Assembly (NCBI GenBank): GCA_964545855.1
Contig: CAZJHD010000015.1
Location: 9,087-73,086, forward strand
Length of the DNA: 64,000 nucleotides
Reading direction: 5' to 3'
From: an uncultured Planctomycetales bacterium
GTDB lineage: Bacteria > Planctomycetota > UBA1135 > JACQFD01
Below, in pieces: positions 1 through 9,714 of the stretch. Both the position numbers and the translations under genes were made by a program. Below the pieces are notes generated by a model. That model saw only the letters and a program-made list of their open reading frames with translations. It ran no database searches and was not told the origin of the DNA. Position 1 is the stretch's first letter; the number at the start of each line of letters is the position of its first letter.

Positions 1-1
1 G

Positions 2-202
2 CTCCTGAAGCGCCTGCGCGACGGCGGAACGACGATCTTCCTCTCGAGCCACCTCCTCGCCGAAGTGGAGGCCACCTGCGATCGGATCGCGCTCCTCGAC
101 CGGGGGAAGCTCCGTGCCTCGGGAACGGTCGCCGAGGTGAAGGGGAACGGATCGCTGGAAGACTTCTTCCTCGCCGTGGTCGAGGCTTCGCCCGCCCGAT
201 GA
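2..202 (+). CDS. ABC transporter ATP-binding protein, C-terminal fragment (5' end outside window)
   Basis: Frame 2 reads LLKRLRDGGTTIFLSSHLLAEVEATCDRIALLDRGKL, the H-loop region of ABC-2/CcmA-type ATPases; its TGA overlaps the next ATG (ATGA). Confidence 0.9.
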   Translation, partial: LLKRLRDGGTTIFLSSHLLAEVEATCDRIALLDRGKLRASGTVAEVKGNGSLEDFFLAVVEASPAR

Positions 203-1071
203 GCGCGACGCTCGTCGACGCGATCGCGAGCGAGGTCTTCCGCCTCCGGCGGAAGCGCGGCGCCCTCGGTGCCCTCGCGCTCGTGGTCGCCGCCGGCTTC
301 TTCGGCTCCGTGGCGCCGCGCATCGCCGAGAAGGCGAGCGCCGTCGCGACGCAGCTCGGAGGGCCCGGCGGCGCGGCGGCCGCGTCGAACGGGTTCGTCT
401 ACCTCGCGTCGGGGCTGAAGGGGGTCGCCATCCTCACGGCGCTCTTCCTCGTGCTCGCGGCGGCGGGCTCCATCGCCGGCGAGGCCGCGGGCGGAACGCT
501 GCGCCTCGCGCTCTGCCGTCCCGTCCGCCGCGGACACGTCTTCCTCTCGAAGATGCTCGTCCTCGGCGCGTGGATGGAGGTCTTGCTGCTCGCGGGCGCC
601 GCCGCGGCCTGCGCCGGTGCCGCCCTCGTCGGCGACTTCGGCGACGTGGCGAAGTTCGGGCTCGTGCGCAGCTCCTTCGGCCTGATGGTGGGGCGCACCG
701 TCTTCGCCCTCGCCCTCTGCGAAGCGGCTCTGCTGGCGGTGCTGGGCCTCGCGCTCCTCGCGAGCACATGGTCGTCGAGCGCCCTCGGTGCCCTCGGCGG
801 AACGCTCGGTTGCCTCGTGACGGCGGCGCTCGCGGCCTTCGCGCTGGAAGTGGCGCGCCCGTACTTGTTCCCCGCCTACGCCACGGCGCCCTTCGAAACG
901 CTCCGCATGCACGCCCTCGCCATCGACGCCCCGCGCCCCGTGTGGTTCGGGATCCCGACGCTGCAGGAGTGGGCGGACGTCACCTTCGCCGTCACCCTCC
1001 CGCTGGCGAGCGCGCTCCTCCTGCACTTCGTCGCCGCGGCGCGCTTCGTGCGGAGGGACTGGACCGCATGA
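199..1071 (+). CDS. ABC-2 type transporter permease
   Basis: About 6 hydrophobic segments; EAAGGTLRLALCRPVRRGHVFLSKML matches the ABC-2 permease motif; coupled to the ATPase. Confidence 0.85.
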   Translation: MSATLVDAIASEVFRLRRKRGALGALALVVAAGFFGSVAPRIAEKASAVATQLGGPGGAAAASNGFVYLASGLKGVAILTALFLVLAAAGSIAGEAAGGTLRLALCRPVRRGHVFLSKMLVLGAWMEVLLLAGAAAACAGAALVGDFGDVAKFGLVRSSFGLMVGRTVFALALCEAALLAVLGLALLASTWSSSALGALGGTLGCLVTAALAAFALEVARPYLFPAYATAPFETLRMHALAIDAPRPVWFGIPTLQEWADVTFAVTLPLASALLLHFVAAARFVRRDWTA

Positions 1072-2672
1072 GGTCCCTCGGATCGGCGCGGGCAGCGCTC
1101 CTCGCGGGCGTCACGCTCCTGCCCGTGGGGCCCGGACTCTCGGCGGACCCCCAGGCGACCCCGAAGGAGAGCCATGTCGCCGTCGAGACGCTGCCGCTCT
1201 CCGTCGGCCGCCGCGACCGCCACCGCGTCTTCGACGTCGACGGCGACGGGCGGCAAGACCTCGTCGTCGTGTCGCGGCTCACGACGCCCCTGTGGCCCTT
1301 CGCGACGGCGGCGGGCCTGCATCCGTTCCCGCCACGTGCGCATCGCACGATGCTTCGCTGCATCGAGGTGTTCTGGAACGGCGCCGGCGGATTCCGGAAG
1401 GAGACGACCCTCTTCCTCGTGCCGCCCGGCGCCCGGTGCTTCACGCTCGCCGACGTCCTCCCCGAGCGCGGCGTCGAGATCGTGCTGGCGGACGCCGAGG
1501 GTCTCGTCGCCGCGAGCCCTGCCGAGCTCGGGCCCGGTGGGTTCGGCGACGGCGCGTTCCGGCGCGTCGCGACGGCGCCCTCGTACTTCGACTTCGCCGA
1601 TCCCGAGCAGCTCCCCGAGTGGACGGCGGTGGTCCGCGGCCGTGGCACCGAGGGCGACGCGATCGTGCTGCCGCAGCCCGACGGGTTCCGCCTGTGGCGC
1701 GCCGCCCCCGGCGACGGTGCCGGCCTCTCGCCGGGCGAGGAGCTGCGCTTCTTCCCGCGCTCGGAGACCGAGTCGTCGACGAACCGGTTCTTCGGCGCCA
1801 CGAAGCGGCTGCCGCGCCCGCTGCTGCGCGACCTCGACGGCGACGGCGACGTGGATCTCTTCGTCACCGATCCCTCCGGTGCGCCGCAGCTCATCGCTTA
1901 CATGGGCCGGCCCGGCGGGCGCTTCGCGGGCGAGCCCGTCGTGCGCGGCGCGCCGTCGCTCCGCCGCGAGCTGCGGAGCGACGTCCTCACCTTCGAGACG
2001 GCCGACGCCGTCGACCTGAACGCCGACGGCGTCTGCGACCTCGTCGTGTCGCACACCGAGGGGAACATCGGGCTGTGGGAGACGCTCACGACTTCGCAGC
2101 TCGTGTACTTCGGCAGGAAGGGCTCCGCCGGCTTCGACACGACGCCCGACCAGGTCGTGAGCTCCGTCGGCATCTCCATCGTTCCGCGCGCGATCGACTT
2201 CGACGGCGACGGCCTGCTCGACCTCCAGGTCTCGAGCTACCGCACCGACCTCCTCAGCAACGTGCGCAACGCCATCCTGAACTCGGCGCGGATCACCTAC
2301 TTCCTCTTCGTGATGGACGGCGGCCGATTCCCGCAGAACGCCACCGTCGAGCGCAGCATCGAGATCGACTTCAAGGTGCTGGAGAAGGGCGGCATCGAGC
2401 CGCGCGCCTACTTCAGCGGTGACTTCGACGGTGACGGGGTGAAGGACCTGCTCGCCGTCGAGGAGGAGTCGCTGACGAAGGCGTTCCGCGGGTCGGTGCG
2501 GGCCGCCACGCTGCTGACGCGTGCGGGCTACGACTTCGACAAGAGCCCCTTCATGAGCATCGCGCTGCGGGCCACCAACGACCTCGAGATCTCCGATCTC
2601 GACGGCGACCGCCGCAGCGAGATCGTCTTCCCGGAGCCGCGCCTGATCTCGATCGCGAGGTACGCGCCATGA
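1068..2672 (+). CDS. Secreted FG-GAP/VCBS repeat beta-propeller protein
   Basis: Start reassigned to ATG 1068 (ATGA overlap); signal peptide; repeated DxDGDG motifs (DVDGDGRQDL, DLDGDGDVDL, DLNADGVCDL, DFDGDGLLDL, DFDGDGVKDL, DLDGDRRSEI). Confidence 0.85.
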   Translation: MRSLGSARAALLAGVTLLPVGPGLSADPQATPKESHVAVETLPLSVGRRDRHRVFDVDGDGRQDLVVVSRLTTPLWPFATAAGLHPFPPRAHRTMLRCIEVFWNGAGGFRKETTLFLVPPGARCFTLADVLPERGVEIVLADAEGLVAASPAELGPGGFGDGAFRRVATAPSYFDFADPEQLPEWTAVVRGRGTEGDAIVLPQPDGFRLWRAAPGDGAGLSPGEELRFFPRSETESSTNRFFGATKRLPRPLLRDLDGDGDVDLFVTDPSGAPQLIAYMGRPGGRFAGEPVVRGAPSLRRELRSDVLTFETADAVDLNADGVCDLVVSHTEGNIGLWETLTTSQLVYFGRKGSAGFDTTPDQVVSSVGISIVPRAIDFDGDGLLDLQVSSYRTDLLSNVRNAILNSARITYFLFVMDGGRFPQNATVERSIEIDFKVLEKGGIEPRAYFSGDFDGDGVKDLLAVEEESLTKAFRGSVRAATLLTRAGYDFDKSPFMSIALRATNDLEISDLDGDRRSEIVFPEPRLISIARYAP

Positions 2673-4210
2673 CGAGGACGCCGACGCGCTGGCTGGCTCC
2701 GGCGGGACTCCTGGCCTCGCTCTCCCTCGGGGCGCCGCAGCCGCAGTCGCCCGGGGATCTCGTCCCCGTGGTCTCGTCGATCGACCTCCTGGAGCCCGTG
2801 TCGGGCACGCTCCTCGGCGACGTCGACGGGGACGGCCGGCGCGACGCCGTGCTCGTCTCCGGGCGTGCCGTCGCGGTGCACCGCCAGCGCGAGGGCGGGA
2901 GCTTCCTGCAGGCGCCCGATCTCGCGTTCACGCTGCCGGCCTCCGCGATCGCCGTCGACCTGGCGGTCCTCGACCCCGCCGGGAGACGCGCGGAGCTCCT
3001 CGTGGCGCGCGGGTCGCGCATGGCGCATCGCAGGCTCGATGGCGAGGCGGAGTTCGTGGAGATGGAGCTGCCGGCGCTGCCGGATCCGCTCCTGCCGCTC
3101 GCGGGCGGCGCGGCGCCCCTGCCGATGCCCCTCGCCGCCGACCTCGACCGCTCGGGCGCGCCGGAGCTCCTCGTGCCCGTCGCCCGCGGCGCCGCGATCC
3201 TCGGCCTCCGGGACGGAGCGTGGCGCCTGCTCGGCGTCGCGCGCGCGAGCCTCGACGTCTCCCTCGACGCCGGCGACGACCGCCCCGGAAGCTCCGTCCG
3301 CCAGGAGTTCGCGCTGCCTCGCATCGCGCCCTTCGACGTGACGGCGCCCGATGGATCGGTGCGCACGCTCCTCGGGATCTCCCAGGCCAACGAAGCGTGG
3401 GTCTGGGCCGTGGAGGGCGACGCGATCCGCCGCCTGCAGCACGTCCGCGCCCGCTTCCGCCTCGACGAGGAGGACCGGTTCCGCGCCGTGCGCGGCACGC
3501 GGCGGAACGAGGAAGTGAACGACCGCGCCGTCGGGCTGCAGCCCGTCGATCTGAACGGCGACGGGATCCCGGACTTCGTGTCGTCCCGTTTCCGCGACGG
3601 CGAGGTGCATCTCGTCGCGGGGCAGTGGGGCTCCTTCGCGGCCGACGCGCCCACGCGCACCATCGACGCCGACGGCTGGGTGCTCCTCGCGCAGACGAAG
3701 GACTTCGACGGCGACGGCAGGCCCGACCTCGTCGTGCCGCGCCTGCCGAAGATCGGCATCGGCGCCGCGCTCCGCGCGCTGCTGTCGCGCAAGGTCGCCT
3801 TCGATCTCTGGCTCTTCCGCAACGTGGGCGGCACGACCCTCGTGTCCGAGACCCCCACGTGGCGGCGCACCTTCGACTTCGAGATCGTGCTGGGCGGCGA
3901 GGACGGGAAGTTCAACGCGACGGGACGCCTCCTCATCCTCTTCGCCGACGTGACGGGCGACGGGATCGTCGATCTCGCCACGCGCACGGACGACGATCGC
4001 CTGGCGATCCACCCCGGGCACCGCGAGTCGATCATCGCGGAGAGTGCGGTGGCGACGATCCCGATCCCGAAGGTCTCCGAGTGGCCCGAGGTGGATCTCC
4101 GCGGCGAAGACCTCGACGGAGACGGGCGGACCGACCTCCTGCTCACCTTCGGCGCGAATCGCAAGGGCGAGCGCAACCGACTCCTCTTCGTGGTGTGGAA
4201 GCCGCGCTGA
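2669..4210 (+). CDS. Secreted FG-GAP/VCBS repeat protein
   Basis: Signal peptide; DVDGDGRRDA, DLNGDGIPDF, DFDGDGRPDL, DVTGDGIVDL, DLDGDGRTDL; ATGA-coupled to the previous gene. Confidence 0.85.
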   Translation: MTRTPTRWLAPAGLLASLSLGAPQPQSPGDLVPVVSSIDLLEPVSGTLLGDVDGDGRRDAVLVSGRAVAVHRQREGGSFLQAPDLAFTLPASAIAVDLAVLDPAGRRAELLVARGSRMAHRRLDGEAEFVEMELPALPDPLLPLAGGAAPLPMPLAADLDRSGAPELLVPVARGAAILGLRDGAWRLLGVARASLDVSLDAGDDRPGSSVRQEFALPRIAPFDVTAPDGSVRTLLGISQANEAWVWAVEGDAIRRLQHVRARFRLDEEDRFRAVRGTRRNEEVNDRAVGLQPVDLNGDGIPDFVSSRFRDGEVHLVAGQWGSFAADAPTRTIDADGWVLLAQTKDFDGDGRPDLVVPRLPKIGIGAALRALLSRKVAFDLWLFRNVGGTTLVSETPTWRRTFDFEIVLGGEDGKFNATGRLLILFADVTGDGIVDLATRTDDDRLAIHPGHRESIIAESAVATIPIPKVSEWPEVDLRGEDLDGDGRTDLLLTFGANRKGERNRLLFVVWKPR

Positions 4211-4225
4211 AGCGGCGGAACGGCG

Positions 4226-4999
4226 ATGACGACCCTCGACTCTCGCGTGGCTGTGGTGACGGGCGGCGGCACGGGCATCGGACGCGCGATCGCGACGCGT
4301 CTCGCGAGCGACGGCGCGCGCCTGGCGATCCTCGGCCGCGACGTCGCGCGGCTCGAGCGCGTCGCCGGCGAGATCGGCGCGCGCGCCTACGGACTCGACG
4401 TCCGGGACGCGTCGGCCTGCGGCGCGACCTTCGCGCGCATCGCGAAGGACCTCGGGCCTCCGTCGATCCTCGTGGCGAACGCCGGAGTCGGCGGCGTGAA
4501 CCAGGCCGGTGAAGGAGACCGGTGGCGCGAGATCGTCGCGACGAATCTCGACGGCACCTACTTCACGGTGCGCGCGGCGCTCGCCCACTTCGCGAGCGGG
4601 CCGGCGAAGGCCGACATCGTCGTCGTCTCCTCGATCCTCGCGCGCATCGGCGTGCCCGGCTACACGGCCTACTGCGCGTCGAAGACGGGGCTGCTCGGCC
4701 TCACGCGCGCGCTCGCGCAGGAGATGGCCGTCGATCCGGCCCGCAAGCACGTGATGGTGAACGCGATCTGCCCCGGCTGGGTGGAGACGGAGATGGCTCT
4801 CGACGGGATCCGCGGCTTCGCGCGCGACCTCGGCGTGTCGACGGAGGAGGCGCGCGCGCGCGCCATGTCGCAGGTGCCGCTCGGGAGGATGTCGCGGCCC
4901 GAGGAGGTCGCGGCCCTCGTCGCCTTCGTCGTCTCCCCCGCCTGCGTCGGGATGACGGGCCAGACCGTCGACCTGAACAACGGCGCGTTCATGTCCTGA
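4226..4999 (+). CDS. Classical short-chain dehydrogenase/reductase (FabG-like)
   Basis: TGGGTGIG Rossmann motif, NAG, catalytic YCASK (YxxxK), NAICPGWVET. Confidence 0.95.
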   Translation: MTTLDSRVAVVTGGGTGIGRAIATRLASDGARLAILGRDVARLERVAGEIGARAYGLDVRDASACGATFARIAKDLGPPSILVANAGVGGVNQAGEGDRWREIVATNLDGTYFTVRAALAHFASGPAKADIVVVSSILARIGVPGYTAYCASKTGLLGLTRALAQEMAVDPARKHVMVNAICPGWVETEMALDGIRGFARDLGVSTEEARARAMSQVPLGRMSRPEEVAALVAFVVSPACVGMTGQTVDLNNGAFMS

Positions 5000-5072
5000 A
5001 CGCCCGCCGGGAGCCGAGACAGGGGGAACATCGAGCCTGTCCGCGCGCGTCCCACGGACGCACCCAGGCAGA

Positions 5073-5121
5073 CAATGCCTTCTCTCCCTTTGCATTCGAG
5101 CGGAATGCGGGAGAGGCATTG
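5073..5121. promoter_or_regulatory. Imperfect inverted repeat (stem-loop) upstream of the S8 protease gene
   Basis: caatgccttctctccc...gcattc-gagcg-gaatgc-gggagaggcattg; ends about 30 nt before ATG 5152; no U-tract. Confidence 0.45.
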
Positions 5122-5151
5122 GGGCGCGCCCTTCACTCCCCTCCCCTCCCG

Positions 5152-7824
5152 ATGCAGAACCGCACCCTCCTCGTGGCGAGCCTCGCGCTCGCCGGCTCGC
5201 TCGTCGCCGGCGCCCTCCAGGCGCAGTCCACTCCGATCGCCGGCGCGGGTCTCGCTCCGCTCCCGTCCCCCATCGAGCCGCAGCTCACCTTCGAGGAGGC
5301 GAACCACCGGGCCAGCCTACCGCGCTGGATCTCGCTGAAGTACGCCGAGTTCGACTCCCGGGGTCTCGAGCCCGCGATGGACGACGACCTGCGGGTGCTG
5401 CCGGCGCAATCCGACGAGACGCGCTACTGGATCCTGCAGATGGAGAGCCCGGTCACCGAGGAGAAGAAGGCCGCCGTCGAAGCACACGGGGTGGAGCTCC
5501 TGGACTACGTCCCGAACCACGCCTTCGTGGCGCGGGCGACGCCGCAGCAGCTCGCGGCGGCGGAGACGCTCGCGAGCGTCCTCTGGACGGGCGCGTTCCA
5601 TCCGGCCTATCGCCTCGATCCGGCGCTGCGCGACGCGTCCCTCGACCCGCGGAGCGCGGGCGACGGCATGCGGATGGTCGTCCACGCGTTCCCCGGCGTC
5701 GGCGAGGCCGAAGTGCGTGCGCAGATCGAGCAGCGCGGCGCCGACGTGCTCGCCATGCATGACGACACGGGCCGATTCGTCGTCGACGTCTGGGCGACGC
5801 CGGGCCTCGCCCGCTGGCTCGCGCAGGCGCGCGACCTCCAGTGGATCGAGCCCGAGGGCAAGCTCGGGCCGCGCAACAACACGACGAAGTGGGTGATCCA
5901 GACCTTCGTCAACGGCAACACGAAGATCTGGAACCAGGGGCTCACGGGCTCGGGCCAGACGATCGGACACATCGACGGCTCCCTCGCGCTCGGCTCCTGC
6001 TACCTGGCCGACCCGGGCGGCAATCCCATCGGGCCGACGCATCGGAAGATCGTCTACAACTCGGGCGGCGGCAGCGATACGCACGGGACGCACACGGCCG
6101 GCACCGCCGCCGGGGATTCGCAGCCGATCAACGGCTCGACGAACAACCGCGGCATGGCCTACCTGGCGAAGCTCGCGCACACGTCGGGCTTCCCCTTCTC
6201 CACGTTCAACAGCGTCGCGACCACGCACATGAACAACGGCGCGCGCATGCACACGAACTCGTGGGGCGACGACGGGACGACGGCCTACAACACGATCTGC
6301 AACCAGATCGACACGTTCCAGTGGAACAACGAGGACAACCTCGTCTTCTTCGCGGCGACGAACCTCTCGACCCTGAGGAACCCCGAGAACGCGAAGAACC
6401 AGCTGGCCGTCGAGGCGTCGCAGCAGGGCACGAGCGCGAACAACAAGTGCTCGGGCGGCGTGGGCCCGACGGCCGATGGCCGCCGCAAGCCCGAGGTGTT
6501 CGCGCCCGGCTGCAGCATCGTCTCGGCGAACACGGCCTCTTGCGGGACCTCGTCGCTCACGGGCACGAGCATGGCCTGCCCCGCCGTCACGGCGGCGGGC
6601 TCCCTCGTGCGGCAGTACTTCATGAGCGGCTTCTATCCCACGGGCACGGCCATCGGCGGCAACTCCTTCACGCCGACGGGCGCGCTCGTGAAGGCCGTGC
6701 TCGTGAACACGAGCCAGGACATGACCGGAATCGGCGGCTACCCGACGAACACCGAAGGCTGGGGCCGGCTCAACCTCGACGAGTCGCTCTTCTTCAACGG
6801 GGACACGACGAAGCTCTTCGTGGCCGACGTCCGCAAGACGAACGGGATGAACACGGGCAACGTCACGAACTACCCGATCCAGGTGGCGTCGAGCTCGACG
6901 CCTCTCGAGGTCACGCTCGCGTTCCACGACTTCCCGGGAACGATCAACTCGTCGAACCCGGTCGTGAACGACCTGAACCTCACGGTGACGTCGCCGGGCG
7001 GCGCGCAGCTCTACCGCGGCAACGTCTTCGCCTCCAACTGGTCGACGACCGGCGGGGCGGCGGACGCGAAGAACAACGTGGAGCGCGTCGCGATCCAGAA
7101 CCCGACGGTCGGCACCTGGACCGTCACGATCACGGCGGCGAACGTCCCGCAACCGAAGCAGGGCTACGGCCTCTGCGTGACGGGCGACATCGGGTCGGGC
7201 CCGACGGCGCCGACGCTCCTCTCCGTGAGTCCCGTCTCGATCCCGATCGCGGCGACGCTCACGCCAGTGCTGACGCTCACGGGCTCCGGCTTCACGGGCG
7301 CCACGTCGGTGACGCTCGGCACGCGGGTCTATCCCTCGTCGCAATTCGTCGTCGTGAACGACACGACGATCTCCGTCGACTTCAACCCGCCGCCGAACGA
7401 GGTCGGCATCGTCAACGCGACGGTGACGAACGCGAGCGGCGCGAGCGGCGCCGTTCCCTTCATCATCACGAAAGCCGTGAGCCTCGTGCTGCTCGCGAGT
7501 CAGCCGGGCCTGCCGGGCGGCTCGCAGGTGACCTTCTGGCTCGCCAGCCCGAACACGGGATGGCTGCCGTTCCTCACCTACAGCGAGTGCCTCTCGCCGA
7601 TCGTCGTGCCGGGGATCCTCTCGCTGGCGATCGGCGGCTGTGGCGATCTCGCGGCGGCTCCGGCGATGCCCGTCTTCAACGCAGCGGGTCTCTCGAGCTG
7701 GACGACGACCGTGCCGAACGGATTGAACTCCACGTTCTTCCTCCAGGGTTTCCAGGCCGATCCGACCCTCACGCTGCTGCCCTTCACGACGAGCAACCTC
7801 CTCGTGATGCTGGCGACGCCCTGA
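5152..7824 (+). CDS. Secreted S8 (subtilisin-like) serine protease with propeptide, jelly-roll/IPT-like domains and a C-terminal extension
   Basis: Start MQNRTLLVASLALAG (signal peptide); triad motifs IGHIDGS, HGTHTAG, GTSMACP; NDLNLTV...NNVERV post-catalytic domain. Confidence 0.93.
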   Translation: MQNRTLLVASLALAGSLVAGALQAQSTPIAGAGLAPLPSPIEPQLTFEEANHRASLPRWISLKYAEFDSRGLEPAMDDDLRVLPAQSDETRYWILQMESPVTEEKKAAVEAHGVELLDYVPNHAFVARATPQQLAAAETLASVLWTGAFHPAYRLDPALRDASLDPRSAGDGMRMVVHAFPGVGEAEVRAQIEQRGADVLAMHDDTGRFVVDVWATPGLARWLAQARDLQWIEPEGKLGPRNNTTKWVIQTFVNGNTKIWNQGLTGSGQTIGHIDGSLALGSCYLADPGGNPIGPTHRKIVYNSGGGSDTHGTHTAGTAAGDSQPINGSTNNRGMAYLAKLAHTSGFPFSTFNSVATTHMNNGARMHTNSWGDDGTTAYNTICNQIDTFQWNNEDNLVFFAATNLSTLRNPENAKNQLAVEASQQGTSANNKCSGGVGPTADGRRKPEVFAPGCSIVSANTASCGTSSLTGTSMACPAVTAAGSLVRQYFMSGFYPTGTAIGGNSFTPTGALVKAVLVNTSQDMTGIGGYPTNTEGWGRLNLDESLFFNGDTTKLFVADVRKTNGMNTGNVTNYPIQVASSSTPLEVTLAFHDFPGTINSSNPVVNDLNLTVTSPGGAQLYRGNVFASNWSTTGGAADAKNNVERVAIQNPTVGTWTVTITAANVPQPKQGYGLCVTGDIGSGPTAPTLLSVSPVSIPIAATLTPVLTLTGSGFTGATSVTLGTRVYPSSQFVVVNDTTISVDFNPPPNEVGIVNATVTNASGASGAVPFIITKAVSLVLLASQPGLPGGSQVTFWLASPNTGWLPFLTYSECLSPIVVPGILSLAIGGCGDLAAAPAMPVFNAAGLSSWTTTVPNGLNSTFFLQGFQADPTLTLLPFTTSNLLVMLATP

Positions 7825-7835
7825 GTCGCTCGCGT

Positions 7836-7881
7836 CGAGCCTCGCCGTCGTCCCTCGAAACGGGATCGACGGCGGGGCTCG
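7836..7881 (+). terminator. Strong GC stem-loop after the S8 gene (terminator or 3' stabilising hairpin)
   Basis: cgagcctcgccgtcg pairs with cgacggcggggctcg (15 bp, one G-U) around an inner tccc/ggga stem; 11 nt after the stop; lacks a U-tract. Confidence 0.45.
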
Positions 7882-7929
7882 CGCGGCCTTCGCTCCGCAC
7901 GCGAGGGCCGCACCGGTGCCGGCGGGGGC

Positions 7930-9714
7930 ATGGGGTACGCTGACTCCTCCATGACCCCGCCGTCCGACGCACCCCCGGCCGGCTCGTCTCCGCGCCGACG
8001 CGCGCCGCTCTGGAAGAAGCTCGTCACGGCGATCGTCTCGCCGGTCCTCTTCATCGGGCTCGTGGAGCTGGCGCTCGCCGCGACCGGATTCGAACGGCCG
8101 CTCTACGCCGGCTTGCCGCCGGGCGTGACGACGTACTGGATCCCGTGGAGCGAGCCGGGTGCACCCGACGGCTTCACGCGCTCGTTCCCGCGCTCCTACA
8201 AGAACTTCCCGGAGGAGCAGCCGATCTTCGTCGCGGAGAAGCCGCCGAACGGCTACCGCGTCTTCGTCCTCGGCGAGTCGTCGGTGCAGGGGCTGCCCTT
8301 CGAGGTGGGCTCGTTCTGCGACTGGCTGCGAATTCGTCTGCGGGCGATGCTGCCGGAGCGATTCGTCGAGGTCGTGAACGCGGGGAACCCCGGATGGCAT
8401 GCGAAGGAGATCCGCACGCTCGCCCGCGAGAGCGCACGCCACGCGCCCGACCTCATGATCTGGATGGTGGGGCACAACGAGATGGTGCCCCAGAACGTGC
8501 TCGCGCTCCGAGAGGAGCACGAGAGGCCGCTGTGGCACGCCGCGACGTCCCTGGTGAACGGGCTGCGCGTGCGGCACGCGCTCGCGCGCTTCGTTCCGAA
8601 GTTCTCCCTGAAGCGAGAGACCTTCCACGACCGCAAGCCCGACGACTTCCGTCCGTGCTACGACGCGGAGCTGCCCTTGCTGAAGCGGCGGTTCCGAGAG
8701 GCGACGGCCGGGGTCGTCGCCGATTGCCGCGCGGCGCGCATTCCCCTCGTTCTCTGCACCCTCACGCGCAATGTCCGCGAGAGCCCGCCCAGCGGCTCCT
8801 TCTTCTCCCCGGAGGTTCTCGCCGATCCCGCACGCCGGGAAGCGTGGGAGCGCATCTACGGGGAGGCGCTCGAGGCGATCGGCCGCAAGGATGCAACCTC
8901 CGCGCTCGCGGTCCTCGCGCGCGCCGAGGCGATCGACCCTTCGCCGGCGCGTCTGCACTTCGCGAGGGGCCAGGCCCTCGAGATGCTCGGCGAGACCGCC
9001 GAAGCGCGGGCGTCCTACTTCCGAGCGCTCGAGCTCGACTCCTGCCCCATGCGCGCCGCTCCTTGGGTCGAGACGGCGATCCGGGAGGTCGCCGCCGAGA
9101 CCTCGACGCCCCTCGCCGACGTCGAGCGCATGCTGGACGCCGACTCTCCGTTGCAGATCGCCGGGTTCGATTGGGTGGTGGACAACGTCCACCCGAGCCT
9201 CGGCGGGCACGAGCGCATCGCGGAGCTGCTGCTGTCGGTGATGGAGCGAAAGCTCGGGCTCGCGCTCGACCACACCCTCGACCCGCCGCGAGAGGAGGCG
9301 CGCCGAGCGATCGGCGTCGATGTCTACGACACCTACTTCTCGTCGCGCGCGACCTGCCTCGCGAACCTCCAGCTCGTCGTCCAGTCGGGGCGCAAGGACG
9401 AACTCTGGACGAAGGCGATGGAGCTCTGCGACGAGGTCCTCCGCGTGGCGCCGAAGGATTGGGAGATCGTCGCCGCCCGCGGAGTCCTCGAGGCGATCGC
9501 GGGGAACGCCGACGAGGCCCGATCGATCCTGCGGCGAGCGATGACCGAGGACGACATGGTCCGCCTCGTCCACGTCTACTACTTCCACGCGGAGCCGCCG
9601 TTCCGGCGCGTGCTCGAGAGCACCGGCATCGATTGGGCCGCCGAGGAGTCGCGGCTCCACCCATCGGGCAAGACGATCCTCGACAACCGGCTGCGGCGCG
9701 CGCGCCTTCGCTGA
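7930..9714 (+). CDS. Membrane-anchored SGNH/GDSL hydrolase with TPR repeats
   Basis: N-terminal TM; SGNH blocks VLGESSVQG, VNAGNPG, GHNE, DNVHPS; TPR-like helices; alternative start ATG 7948. Confidence 0.8.
   Translation: MGYADSSMTPPSDAPPAGSSPRRRAPLWKKLVTAIVSPVLFIGLVELALAATGFERPLYAGLPPGVTTYWIPWSEPGAPDGFTRSFPRSYKNFPEEQPIFVAEKPPNGYRVFVLGESSVQGLPFEVGSFCDWLRIRLRAMLPERFVEVVNAGNPGWHAKEIRTLARESARHAPDLMIWMVGHNEMVPQNVLALREEHERPLWHAATSLVNGLRVRHALARFVPKFSLKRETFHDRKPDDFRPCYDAELPLLKRRFREATAGVVADCRAARIPLVLCTLTRNVRESPPSGSFFSPEVLADPARREAWERIYGEALEAIGRKDATSALAVLARAEAIDPSPARLHFARGQALEMLGETAEARASYFRALELDSCPMRAAPWVETAIREVAAETSTPLADVERMLDADSPLQIAGFDWVVDNVHPSLGGHERIAELLLSVMERKLGLALDHTLDPPREEARRAIGVDVYDTYFSSRATCLANLQLVVQSGRKDELWTKAMELCDEVLRVAPKDWEIVAARGVLEAIAGNADEARSILRRAMTEDDMVRLVHVYYFHAEPPFRRVLESTGIDWAAEESRLHPSGKTILDNRLRRARLR

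Noticed and set aside
570-1067. N-terminal extensions given by the ORF track (570 here; likewise 4522, 11188, 19065, 22323, 38392 for other genes)
   Set aside because: The extensions overlap upstream genes in a shadow frame; internal starts with stop/start overlaps or signal peptides fit better.
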